Origin: a virus
Lineage: Duplodnaviria > Caudoviricetes
DNA length: 31,163 nt
Virus record (IMG/VR): IMGVR_UViG_3300037276_000071
Location: 1 to 31,163 of that record
Strand: one strand, 5' to 3'
The position numbers and the translations under genes are program-made. How positions within the stretch are numbered: position 1 is the stretch's first letter; each line of letters begins with the position of its first letter. The notes beneath the pieces were generated by a model. That model ran no database searches and was not told the origin of the DNA. It saw nothing but the letters and a program-made list of their open reading frames with translations. This document shows positions 18,522 through 26,155 of this stretch, one piece after another.

Positions 18522-18680
18522 TTATTTTTTCCCTTTTTTCTTAGTTTTCTTCCCTGATCGAGATTCGGCATAGGCTATAGCAACAGCTTGCTTAGGTGGC
18601 TTATTGCCTATTTTAATTTCGGTCTCTATGTTTTGCTTAAACCCTTTAGTCCCTGGCTTAGCGCCTTTAATAAGCGGCAT
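18522..18680 (-). CDS. 52-aa basic phage protein
   Basis: MPLIKGAKPGTKGFKQNIETEIKIGNKPPKQAVAIAYAESRSGKKTKKKGKK; 'KQAVAIA' family common near terminases; absent from the ORF track. Confidence 0.75.
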   Translation of the reverse strand: MPLIKGAKPGTKGFKQNIETEIKIGNKPPKQAVAIAYAESRSGKKTKKKGKK

Positions 18681-18685
18681 AGCAA

Positions 18686-18871
18686 TTACTCCGATGCTGG
18701 AGCAGAAGGCAATATAGACGATGATTTAGCTGCAACCCATTCACCGATTTGCAAAGATAACGCACCTAATTCATTAATAATCTGCGCTTGAATTTCAGGC
18801 TCGTGAGCTAATAATTCACTCTCTATGGCGGGCAATAAATTACTGGTAATAAATGCGCTCATTAAACTCAT
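18686..18871 (-). CDS. Hypothetical protein (MSLMSAFITSN...)
   Basis: AAGGAG RBS before the ATG at 18871. Confidence 0.65.
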   Translation of the reverse strand: MSLMSAFITSNLLPAIESELLAHEPEIQAQIINELGALSLQIGEWVAAKSSSILPSAPASE

Positions 18872-18901
18872 GACAAACTCCTTGTTATTAGTCAATACGT
18901 A

Positions 18902-19069
18902 TTATTTATAATCTTTCTTACCGTAATTATCCATTGTTTGAGCAGGTAGATTTCGGCATGCATCTGATTTAGCAAAAGCTTCTTGTTGCACACGCTTTCC
19001 TCTGACCACTTCAGGTGCCAGGTCATTGTAACCGCGCGATTCTTTTTGAGATACATATTTTCCGCTCAT
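18902..19069 (-). CDS. 55-aa hypothetical peptide
   Basis: MSGKYVSQKESRGYNDLAPEVVRGKRVQQEAF...KKDYK; AAGGAG RBS. Confidence 0.6.
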   Translation of the reverse strand: MSGKYVSQKESRGYNDLAPEVVRGKRVQQEAFAKSDACRNLPAQTMDNYGKKDYK

Positions 19070-19079
19070 GTCATGCTCC

Positions 19080-19217
19080 TTAGTATTTGCAATCTTTCTT
19101 CTTCATTTTATCTTTCAGTACAACATTGCCCATCATTTTTTTATCTTCTTTTTTGTCCTTCACTTCAGAATTCTTGATCATCTTCTTCACTGCTTTCTTG
19201 TCCAATGCATTTTTCAT
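19080..19217 (-). CDS. 45-aa Lys-rich peptide
   Basis: MKNALDKKAVKKMIKNSEVKDKKEDKKMM...KKKDCKY; GAGG RBS; overlaps the 3' end of the terS candidate. Confidence 0.55.
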   Translation of the reverse strand: MKNALDKKAVKKMIKNSEVKDKKEDKKMMGNVVLKDKMKKKDCKY

Positions 19218-19599
19218 TTTTAATTTCCTCTATTTTCTCAAGTCTCTGATTCATTTCAATCATACCAGCTTGATTACTGAAGTGCTTGTAATGCCTTCTT
19301 TCAAGCTTCCATGCGGCGGCTGTCCATTGGCCCTCTTTCATTGCTTTGTCTATTACATCAAGCCATATAAGACTTGTATGGCCTTCAGCTTCCTTTAAAT
19401 CTTGGAAAAATTCTACAAACAATGGATCTTTATTGACCTCTGCTCTAATCCTCCACTTGCAAAATGTAGACACATCTATTCGAGCATAATCACAAGCTAG
19501 TTGATAGGGAGCGCCTTTTCTTATAGCTACTAATATCTTCTCTCTAACCTCAGGCGTTAGCTTGGTTGGACGACCGATAGGTTTAGGATTTTTCATCAA
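19165..19599 (-). CDS. Probable terminase small subunit
   Basis: 'GRPTKLTPE' plus helix-turn-helix and 'WTAAAWKLERR'; upstream of terL. Confidence 0.65.
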   Translation of the reverse strand: MMKNPKPIGRPTKLTPEVREKILVAIRKGAPYQLACDYARIDVSTFCKWRIRAEVNKDPLFVEFFQDLKEAEGHTSLIWLDVIDKAMKEGQWTAAAWKLERRHYKHFSNQAGMIEMNQRLEKIEEIKNEKCIGQESSEEDDQEF

Positions 19600-20770
19600 G
19601 CACCGCCTTCTTACCTGTAAACTGTTCCCAACGATTCACAATAACATCGCAATACTTTGGGTCAAGTTCCATCATGTAGCATTTACGTTTTAGTTTTTCA
19701 CACGCAATCAATGTTGAGCCAGAGCCACCAAATAAATCCAATACAGTTTCACCTTTTGGATTTAACTCATTAAAGCACCATTCTGCAAGTGCAATAGGTT
19801 TTTGAGTAGGATGAACTCTACCCTCACCATGCTCTGAACCTTTAATCATACCTTTCCATAAATGCCTAAATATTCTTACAGATTCTTTTGTAGGGTGTTT
19901 AACATAAGCCATTTCGCAATCCGAATTCATGTCACGTTGCTTTTCTTCAACACGCTTATCCCATATTAACCAGCATGCAGAAGGTGGTATTTTATGAGCA
20001 TAGTAATTTCCACCCCAATAGCAAATAATATCTGATAATGTTTCGCATATTGAATAAGCCGCTAATGCTGTATCAATAGAGTCGTCGCCAATAATCTTGC
20101 TAAACTTATTGCCTTTGGCAACGCGCGTTCTAGATGCAAAATCGCGGTCTGTTTCTTCATTTATACCATAAGGAGGATCAGTAAAAACCATATGAGCCTT
20201 AGTGCCAGACATCAGCTTATCAACCGCATCAATGCTTGTCGAATCACCACACATTAGCCGATGCTCACCCAACAACCAAACATCCCCAAACTTGGCAATA
20301 GGCTCCTCAGGAACATCAGGGCAATGATCTTCATCACAAAATACTTCAATCTCTTCGTGAGGCAATAAATCACATAGTTCCTCGAGACTAAATCCAGTCA
20401 ACTCCAGATTAAAATCATTAGATTTCAAATAATCAAATTGATTATGAAGTATATCCAGATCCCATCCCGCATTAAGCGCTAGCTTATTATCGGCAATGAC
20501 GTAAGCAGCTTTTTCAACGTCGGATAACCCTTTAAGTATCACACAGGGTATTTCGTTAATTCCAACTATATCTGCTGCGGCAACACGACAATGCCCTGCG
20601 CTAATTGTATTATTTTCATCGATAAGCACAGGATTTGTGAAACCAAACTGATGTATAGATTTGCATAGCTGCTCTATTTGGTGGTCACTATGAGTTCGTG
20701 AGTTTTGATCAAACGGCCTTAATATCGCAATTGGACGAGTACATTGTTCATGCATCGGTAAAGCGGTCAT
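19583..20770 (-). CDS. ParB-like N-terminal domain fused to an N6-A/N4-C DNA methyltransferase
   Basis: ParB-N 'NSRTHS...FGFTNPVLID...AGHCR...IADNKLA'; catalytic DPPY precedes SAM-binding DLFGGSGST (beta order); HPTQKP. Confidence 0.9.
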   Translation of the reverse strand: MTALPMHEQCTRPIAILRPFDQNSRTHSDHQIEQLCKSIHQFGFTNPVLIDENNTISAGHCRVAAADIVGINEIPCVILKGLSDVEKAAYVIADNKLALNAGWDLDILHNQFDYLKSNDFNLELTGFSLEELCDLLPHEEIEVFCDEDHCPDVPEEPIAKFGDVWLLGEHRLMCGDSTSIDAVDKLMSGTKAHMVFTDPPYGINEETDRDFASRTRVAKGNKFSKIIGDDSIDTALAAYSICETLSDIICYWGGNYYAHKIPPSACWLIWDKRVEEKQRDMNSDCEMAYVKHPTKESVRIFRHLWKGMIKGSEHGEGRVHPTQKPIALAEWCFNELNPKGETVLDLFGGSGSTLIACEKLKRKCYMMELDPKYCDVIVNRWEQFTGKKAVLDEKS

Positions 20771-20810
20771 TCCACCAATCCTTTGGTATATTTATTTCAA
20801 TAAAAATATA

Positions 20811-21029
20811 TTAATTCTTTTTTTCTTTCAATGCCAACATAATTGCACATAATACAACCGCTTCAAATCCGTCAAGTGATGATAAAAGTTGCACTACCAC
20901 TTCATAATTAAATTGGCGTGTCTTAATAATATTAACAAGACTTACAATAAATTGCACAAAACAGAGAAATGTAGGGATGGACATAGCAATATTAGGCTTA
21001 CTTTTAATGTAATCCCTAATAGTACGCAT
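20811..21029 (-). CDS. Candidate holin
   Basis: 72 aa, two hydrophobic stretches, basic C-terminus, directly after the endolysin. Confidence 0.5.
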   Translation of the reverse strand: MRTIRDYIKSKPNIAMSIPTFLCFVQFIVSLVNIIKTRQFNYEVVVQLLSSLDGFEAVVLCAIMLALKEKKN

Positions 21030-21031
21030 GA

Positions 21032-21445
21032 TTATAAAATTAGCTCAAAATGGTCAGCATCATCAAGCTGAGCCTTAGTATCTAGCTTGCCCAAGCCATC
21101 CCATGCGCCGCCCCAGCGTATAGCGTGAGTCATTTTACCCTCATCCTTTAATTTCTGTGCAATCCCCATGACGTAACCGCCAAACCATAATGAGAGGTGG
21201 TTATTATTCCAATCAACGGGATACGGCATCACATCAACAGCAGTGGACGGCTGTCTATCATGTTTGCCTTCAGGATAGTGAAGTTTTGTTTTCCCAGCCG
21301 CATAATCTTTTTCTTGATCGGCTTGGTTTCGATATCCTTCAATAATTGTGCAATCAAAATTTTTAATCACTTCATAAAATAAGCATTGCAAATCAGGATG
21401 GCATGTACTTAGCTTACTAAACGATTCTTGACTAAATTTAGGCAT
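21032..21445 (-). CDS. Endolysin, peptidase M15 family (L-Ala-D-Glu peptidase-like)
   Basis: 'EGYR...Q', 'KH....STAVD', 'IRWGGAW', 'DADHFEL'. Confidence 0.88.
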   Translation of the reverse strand: MPKFSQESFSKLSTCHPDLQCLFYEVIKNFDCTIIEGYRNQADQEKDYAAGKTKLHYPEGKHDRQPSTAVDVMPYPVDWNNNHLSLWFGGYVMGIAQKLKDEGKMTHAIRWGGAWDGLGKLDTKAQLDDADHFELIL

Positions 21446-21490
21446 TTTAACAAGACCCCTTTGAGCTTAATCTATTAAAATCGAACAATA

Positions 21491-21512
21491 TAAAATCCCC
21501 CTTTCGGGGGAA
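21491..21512 (-). terminator. Intrinsic terminator between replication and lysis/late genes
   Basis: TCCCCC-GAAA-GGGGGA followed by TTTTA on the minus strand. Confidence 0.75.
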
Positions 21513-21550
21513 AGCGGTAAGCCGCTTAGCATGGAAGATGGCCACTAGAA

Positions 21551-21937
21551 TCAAGTCGAGAGATAACTTGTTATAATGTTTTGCCCATCAACAAAACCAT
21601 AGCAGAATTCCCCCGCATAGCCAACCATTTTAACTCTTTCAATAAATTCTTGCTGTGCAATCCATGTATCAGTGCGTCTTTCAGAAGCAGTATATTTTTT
21701 GTTACGCTTAATCTCAAGCCACAAACCAGCATAAGTTTTAGTCGGGTAGTATACAAAAATATCACTTACCCCAGGCCTTAATCCCATTAATTTTAAATTC
21801 CATCCTTGCGCTGCAGTACGCTTACCTTCATTGTTATTTTTACAATAAAAATCTTTCAATACAGGGTGATAACTCAACCATTTCACCAATGCACGTTGCT
21901 CTTGATTCTCTGTCGCTATTTTTAAAATTTCGGCCAT
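21551..21937 (-). CDS. VRR-NUC domain nuclease
   Basis: 'E..EQ', 'GLRPGVSDIF', 'GLWLEIK' PD-(D/E)xK motifs. Confidence 0.8.
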   Translation of the reverse strand: MAEILKIATENQEQRALVKWLSYHPVLKDFYCKNNNEGKRTAAQGWNLKLMGLRPGVSDIFVYYPTKTYAGLWLEIKRNKKYTASERRTDTWIAQQEFIERVKMVGYAGEFCYGFVDGQNIITSYLST

Positions 21938-21948
21938 CCTTGCCTCAC

Positions 21949-22149
21949 TTATTTTCTATATTTTATTTGCCCTTCAAGTAAACGATAGCATTCAATTACC
22001 TGCTCAATTTGCTCATCAGGATATTTCTGCAATATATCATGGCAATATTCATTCAAAAATTTAATATCATCTCCACCGAACCCAATTGATACTTTTTTTA
22101 TCAAAGTCAGTAGGTAATTTTTACGAGAAATCCATAATCCACGATTCAT
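21949..22149 (-). CDS. Hypothetical protein (66 aa)
   Basis: ATGA overlap with the upstream gene. Confidence 0.6.
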   Translation of the reverse strand: MNRGLWISRKNYLLTLIKKVSIGFGGDDIKFLNEYCHDILQKYPDEQIEQVIECYRLLEGQIKYRK

Positions 22150-23024
22150 TTGTCATGAACCCAACTCTTATAGTCCATAGAAGGCGATTTAATGGGCCTC
22201 TCGGACGACTTCTCTGTAACAAGGTGTGTATGTATGTACCCCATATCACGAAGCAACTGAGGCTGCTCACGCATGTTTAGAAACCTGTTGCGATCCATTA
22301 AGTACACAGGCGGTAAAATCATGGTTTCAGTTTCAGGAATACTCATCAAGTAAGCCTTGTACTCATCAAAAACAGCTTGGCTGAACTCTTTATGGCCTTT
22401 CTTAATCTTGTTTTCGTCAAACTCTTTGTAAGTCTTGCCACCGCCAGCAATCTTTTTGCTTTTTAATATTTCTTGGCATTTGCTCATGCATTCCCGAAAC
22501 GCCTTGCTTTCGCTGGTGGTTGGGATTTTAGACGGTGCAGGAATTTCTTTTGGCCGCTGATTATATGCCTCTAGCAACCTCCAGCTACTCTGTTTGTTCT
22601 CTCTAAATTTAGTTAAGGAGTCCGCATAGGCTGATTTGAATTTAGAATCCAAAACCTTTTCAGTTTCATTTTTCATAGCCCAATTGCCTACGGCTTGATA
22701 ACACATTAAAACCAATGGGTGATTGAACTCACGCTTCATAGCAGCTTTTAAGCAATCACTAAGCGAGGGGAAGCCATCGTGAGATTCACATATTTTTATA
22801 AACTCAGAAATACTGGGCGGCCAGTCAACGTTTTTTCTGCAATAGTCCAATGCTTCCTTGATTGTGTTCACATTCACATCTTGAAGACCGAAACACCACT
22901 CATTCTCCCAAAGAGATTTAAACTCTTCTTCGTGGTAGCTCTTGACAAACTTATGGTCATAAATGGCGGCAAACCTCAAATACAACGCTTTAGCATGCAT
23001 GCTATTAAACTTATCCATCAACAA
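22146..23024 (-). CDS. Replication protein P-like (helicase loader/inhibitor type) with C-terminal extension
   Basis: 'W..GL......I..AL...R....WPPSISEFIK.C' motif; directly downstream of the initiator. Confidence 0.65.
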   Translation of the reverse strand: MLMDKFNSMHAKALYLRFAAIYDHKFVKSYHEEEFKSLWENEWCFGLQDVNVNTIKEALDYCRKNVDWPPSISEFIKICESHDGFPSLSDCLKAAMKREFNHPLVLMCYQAVGNWAMKNETEKVLDSKFKSAYADSLTKFRENKQSSWRLLEAYNQRPKEIPAPSKIPTTSESKAFRECMSKCQEILKSKKIAGGGKTYKEFDENKIKKGHKEFSQAVFDEYKAYLMSIPETETMILPPVYLMDRNRFLNMREQPQLLRDMGYIHTHLVTEKSSERPIKSPSMDYKSWVHDK

Positions 23025-23027
23025 TCC

Positions 23028-23816
23028 CTAGTTTAACAATGCCTTACATTCGCGTGATTGATAGATTTGCTTAAACTCTCGAATAGATGCCGTTACAGGG
23101 TGTTCGAATTTTTTAAAAGATTTTTTAGTTATTTCATCATTCCATAGTTCGTTTTGTAGATAAGTTGAGGGGTGAGGGATGAATTGCTCATCAGCCCATG
23201 AACTGTCATTGGATTGGCGATTGCTTATATCCTCGCAGATTAGGATCCCTATTTTATTTAGCTTCTTTTTGTCCCATATCCTTTTTGCTCGTACCTTGTT
23301 TTTCTTTATGGGATACCCATTCCAAAATTCATCAAAAGAACATTCTTGGCTAGTTGGTGCATCGTCAGATGCACTATTGTTTTTAGATATTTCTTTTTTA
23401 CTTTCTTTGTTTTCTATCTTATTTCTTTTATAGGTGCTGTTATCCGTTGCACGGTTTACCGTATCACGGTTTTCATTAAACGGTGCACAACTTTCATCTA
23501 AGGGATTGATTATAAAGGAACTTCCGTCGTCAACTTCCAGATCAAAGTGTGCAAATCTACCCTGAGGGGTCCTAATCTGCACAGTCTTTATCAGTGCATG
23601 TTTTTCAAGGATTTTTAGAAGGGTATTAAGCTTATTTATTCCTATGTTGGCATGATTTTTTAAATGATTTTTATGGAATTCCCAATTGTTGGGTAAGCTG
23701 TGAAGATAACAATATAATCCTAGCGCCTCCATGTTCCGCAAGTTTTGAAGTACCTTGTTTGGGAATGTTGTAAAATTACCTTCATTCTTTTTAATTCGAT
23801 ATTTGTTTACGCTCAT
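23028..23816 (-). CDS. Phage replication initiator (lambda O-like organisation)
   Basis: N-terminal 'NFTTFPN...ALGLYCYLHSLPNNWEF' winged helix; C-terminal 'FDEFWNGYPIKKNK..A...W...IPHPSTYLQNELWND'. Confidence 0.82.
   Translation of the reverse strand: MSVNKYRIKKNEGNFTTFPNKVLQNLRNMEALGLYCYLHSLPNNWEFHKNHLKNHANIGINKLNTLLKILEKHALIKTVQIRTPQGRFAHFDLEVDDGSSFIINPLDESCAPFNENRDTVNRATDNSTYKRNKIENKESKKEISKNNSASDDAPTSQECSFDEFWNGYPIKKNKVRAKRIWDKKKLNKIGILICEDISNRQSNDSSWADEQFIPHPSTYLQNELWNDEITKKSFKKFEHPVTASIREFKQIYQSRECKALLN
23380..23486. other. Candidate replication origin within the initiator gene
   Basis: Tandem CCGT-N3-ACGG palindromes at 23444 and 23459, a degenerate third near 23473, next to a strand-biased T-rich tract (23380-23430). 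Confidence 0.55.
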
Positions 23817-23828
23817 TGATAAATCCTT

Positions 23829-23972
23829 TTAATTGTTAGAACAGCACGTATTGTGCATGTATGAACTATAAGGTTTGAGATGGGATAGTGCCAGAAAAGG
23901 TTGCGATTTACTGAAAACATGATTATAATTTGCCCTGTGTATGGACGCACTTTGCCGTTTTATGCCAAACAT
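23829..23972 (-). CDS. Putative 47-aa leader peptide upstream of the initiator
   Basis: MFGIKRQSASIHRANYNHVFSKSQPFLALSHLKPYSSYMHNTCCSNN; its TAA lies in the hairpin that contains the initiator SD. Confidence 0.45.
   Translation of the reverse strand: MFGIKRQSASIHRANYNHVFSKSQPFLALSHLKPYSSYMHNTCCSNN
23901..23929 (+). promoter_or_regulatory. Sigma70 promoter antisense to the initiator leader
   Basis: TTGCGA (23901-23906), 17 bp, TATAAT (23924-23929); no ORF-track ORF follows before 24257. Confidence 0.75.
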
Positions 23973-24108
23973 TGGCGTCCGGTTGTTCTATTAGTGCGAT
24001 TGACTTAACTTGGCGGTCTTGCAATCACACGCTGTTTTCAAAAGTTCCAGCAGCTTGGAACATGATGTAACTTGCTGCTAACCCTCTTAGCTTACATCTT
24101 AATTTTTA
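23936..24108 (+). ncRNA. Putative antisense RNA of about 170 nt
   Basis: Consecutive stems GGACGC/GCGTCC, GATTG..GAC/GTC..CAATC with UUGGCG loop, GTTCCA/TGGAAC, GATGTAA/TTACATC then a U-rich tail. Confidence 0.55.
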
Positions 24109-24111
24109 ATA

Positions 24112-24140
24112 ATCCTAATACAGTAAACTTCTAATGTAAA
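24112..24140 (-). promoter_or_regulatory. Leftward promoter for the replication operon
   Basis: TTTACA (24140-24135), 17 bp, TAGGAT (24117-24112). Confidence 0.55.
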
Positions 24141-24187
24141 TGAACAATCTAATTTTAATTATTTTTGAAATTTATTGTATTTTACTA

Positions 24188-24216
24188 TTGTGTAATTAAA
24201 TAATTATTGCTATAGT
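24188..24216 (+). promoter_or_regulatory. Rightward early promoter
   Basis: TTGTGT, 17 bp, TATAGT with extended -10 TG; TAATTAAAT repeated at 24193 and 24222. Confidence 0.6.
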
Positions 24217-24256
24217 ATTCTTAATTAAATTAAATAACACAAAAAAGGATATAATT

Positions 24257-24475
24257 ATGAGAGAATATATAAACATGACAACATTTAATATGAGAATAGA
24301 TAGAGACGTATTAAAATTTTTGAAGATGCAAGCTATACATCTAGACTGCTCTATGACTGATTTGGCAAACAAATTATTTAGTGATTATAAAGTGAAAATA
24401 GAGAAAAAAAGAAAAGACGATATCATCAGAGCAGATTCGACTAAGGATTACTTAAATGGAATCACCACTAATTAA
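24257..24475 (+). CDS. Ribbon-helix-helix (Arc/ParG-like) regulator
   Basis: 'TTFNMRIDRDVLKFLKMQAIHLDCSMTDLANKLF' strand-helix-helix pattern. Confidence 0.75.
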   Translation: MREYINMTTFNMRIDRDVLKFLKMQAIHLDCSMTDLANKLFSDYKVKIEKKRKDDIIRADSTKDYLNGITTN

Positions 24476-24764
24476 AATAGAAGAAAAATTAAAAGACCAA
24501 GTAAACCATGTCTGTAGGTTTCATGAATACAGCGAACTAAAACATAAAATGTTTGACTTATGTTTTGAGTGGTACATAAAAGGATTGCACGCAGGAACAG
24601 AAGCAGAAAGAAACCAGGGAATAAAAGTATTTTTACTCTTCAATATTCATCATGGATCATTTGAAGGAGTATACGCACAGCGTAAAGATGCAGAATACAT
24701 GATGGAAAGTTTTGGTAGAGACAAAAACAAGTTCGCAGTAGAAGAACATGAAGTAATAGTATAG
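24456..24764 (+). CDS. Hypothetical protein (102 aa)
   Basis: AAGGA RBS; C-terminal 'GVYAQRKDAE...VEEHEV' motif common in small phage proteins. Confidence 0.7.
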   Translation: MESPLIKIEEKLKDQVNHVCRFHEYSELKHKMFDLCFEWYIKGLHAGTEAERNQGIKVFLLFNIHHGSFEGVYAQRKDAEYMMESFGRDKNKFAVEEHEVIV

Positions 24765-24836
24765 AAGTAAAGGGCTGAGGCCATAGGTTCGTACCCTATA
24801 ACCTCGGTGTTCAATCAAAAACATAGGTGAATTATT

Positions 24837-25361
24837 ATGAACGAATTAAGTTTAGCTCATAGTTACGAAGAAAATCAACCATCATGGAAAGATGATCCGT
24901 TTAATCTCGGAGTGAATTACGTCAAGGAAATGACAAGCATGAGCCATGAAACACGATTCATTAACTACACATCAGAACTTGTTTATCAGCATGCAATCCA
25001 TGTAGATGGGCATTACGAATTAACAATTGATATGTTATCTATTGAAGAAAAAAACAAATTATCTCGTTTATACATAGAGTTAACAGATCGCGAAGTCAGC
25101 GAGTGTATATTCGGTGATGACTTCACAATTAACAACGATTTTACTTGTGCAATTCTATTTCTTCTTAAAGAAAACACAGAAATAAATCGAGAAAAACTAG
25201 CAAAAATAATCTGCAAAAACATTCTAATTTATTACAAAGACACTTTAAATGACTTGTTATCGGATGCATGCGAACGATTTTTTCGTACAGAAATGACGGA
25301 ATTAGGTTATCAATCGTATGAGGACCGTGATAGCGGCGATATCATTTGGAGTAAATTCTAA
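24837..25361 (+). CDS. Hypothetical protein (174 aa)
   Basis: AGGTG RBS; long ORF in operon orientation. Confidence 0.75.
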   Translation: MNELSLAHSYEENQPSWKDDPFNLGVNYVKEMTSMSHETRFINYTSELVYQHAIHVDGHYELTIDMLSIEEKNKLSRLYIELTDREVSECIFGDDFTINNDFTCAILFLLKENTEINREKLAKIICKNILIYYKDTLNDLLSDACERFFRTEMTELGYQSYEDRDSGDIIWSKF

Positions 25362-25561
25362 TGATAGAAAAATTCAGTGAATATCACTTTTCTATTAAAA
25401 AACTTAAAGACAACAAATGGATCTATTTTATTTATCCTGAAGGCTGTTATCCATATGATGATGGCGTTATTGAATCAGATGATTATTATGAGGCTGAGCA
25501 AGAGGCACGATTTGCAGCAATAGGACATATCACTAAACTTGAAAACGGGGAAAGATCATGA
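25361..25561 (+). CDS. Hypothetical protein (66 aa)
   Basis: TAATG coupling; GGAG RBS. Confidence 0.7.
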   Translation: MIEKFSEYHFSIKKLKDNKWIYFIYPEGCYPYDDGVIESDDYYEAEQEARFAAIGHITKLENGERS

Positions 25562-25776
25562 TCATGAAAGACTTAATCACTGCTAGCGAAAGAGTGTCTA
25601 TTGCCTCTACATTATTAATTGATTATTCAGGATATGAATGCACCGGCTGCGGGACGTTATCAGATGATTTAGCATTAAGCGATGGTTGGACTGATGACCA
25701 CTTTGATGAAAATTCAGTAACAACCCTTTGTGGTCACTGGTACTGCCATATAGATTGTTTTAGAGATTCTCGTTGA
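25558..25776 (+). CDS. Small Cys/His zinc-binding protein
   Basis: CTGC...CGHWYCHIDC; ATGA coupling. Confidence 0.65.
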   Translation: MIMKDLITASERVSIASTLLIDYSGYECTGCGTLSDDLALSDGWTDDHFDENSVTTLCGHWYCHIDCFRDSR

Positions 25777-25799
25777 TAATTTAATTTTAAGGAATACTC

Positions 25800-25964
25800 A
25801 TGGTTACAACACAACAAGTTACTGATTTTGTTACAAAACAACTCAGTGAAAATACAGAAAAGCTTGATAATGAATCACTAAGTCAATTGGATAAAATCGA
25901 ATACCTATCAATAAATAAAGGTCTTTATATGGTATTGAAGTTTATACATACGCCCTGTAGATAA
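25800..25964 (+). CDS. 54-aa hypothetical peptide
   Basis: AAGGA RBS; MVTTQQVTDFVTKQLSENTEK...IHTPCR. Confidence 0.6.
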   Translation: MVTTQQVTDFVTKQLSENTEKLDNESLSQLDKIEYLSINKGLYMVLKFIHTPCR

Positions 25965-26155
25965 ATGCTTTATGCACATTAATGATTAGTACGTATTGAG
26001 GATAAAAAATGGAAATGCAATGTTTTTGTGAAAAACATGTGTGTGAGAACACAACGGACTACATGCACCACCATGATTGGTCAGAACCCCAAGACTATTG
26101 TTGCGAAGAATGTGCGGAGTCATGTTACCCAGAATAGATAAATGCTTTATGCACA
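25958..26155 (+). repeat. 21-bp direct repeat flanking a one-gene cassette
   Basis: TAGATAAATGCTTTATGCACA at 25958-25978 and 26135-26155. Confidence 0.9.
26009..26137 (+). CDS. 42-aa Cys/His-rich acidic peptide
   Basis: GAGGA RBS; MEMQCFCEKHVCENTTDYMHHHDWSEPQDYCCEECAESCYPE. Confidence 0.6.
   Translation: MEMQCFCEKHVCENTTDYMHHHDWSEPQDYCCEECAESCYPE

Noticed and set aside
19583-20770. ParB domain as evidence of a partition system
   Set aside because: It is the common ParB-N/methyltransferase fusion, with no ParB HTH and no ParA nearby.
259-23433. Plus-strand ORF-track calls such as 259..591, 4383..4754, 8300..8548, 17639..17944 and 23179..23433
   Set aside because: Antisense shadows of well-supported minus-strand genes with no recognisable motifs.
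24765-24836. Complete tRNA gene
   Set aside because: Only a T-arm-like hairpin; no cloverleaf or CCA end.
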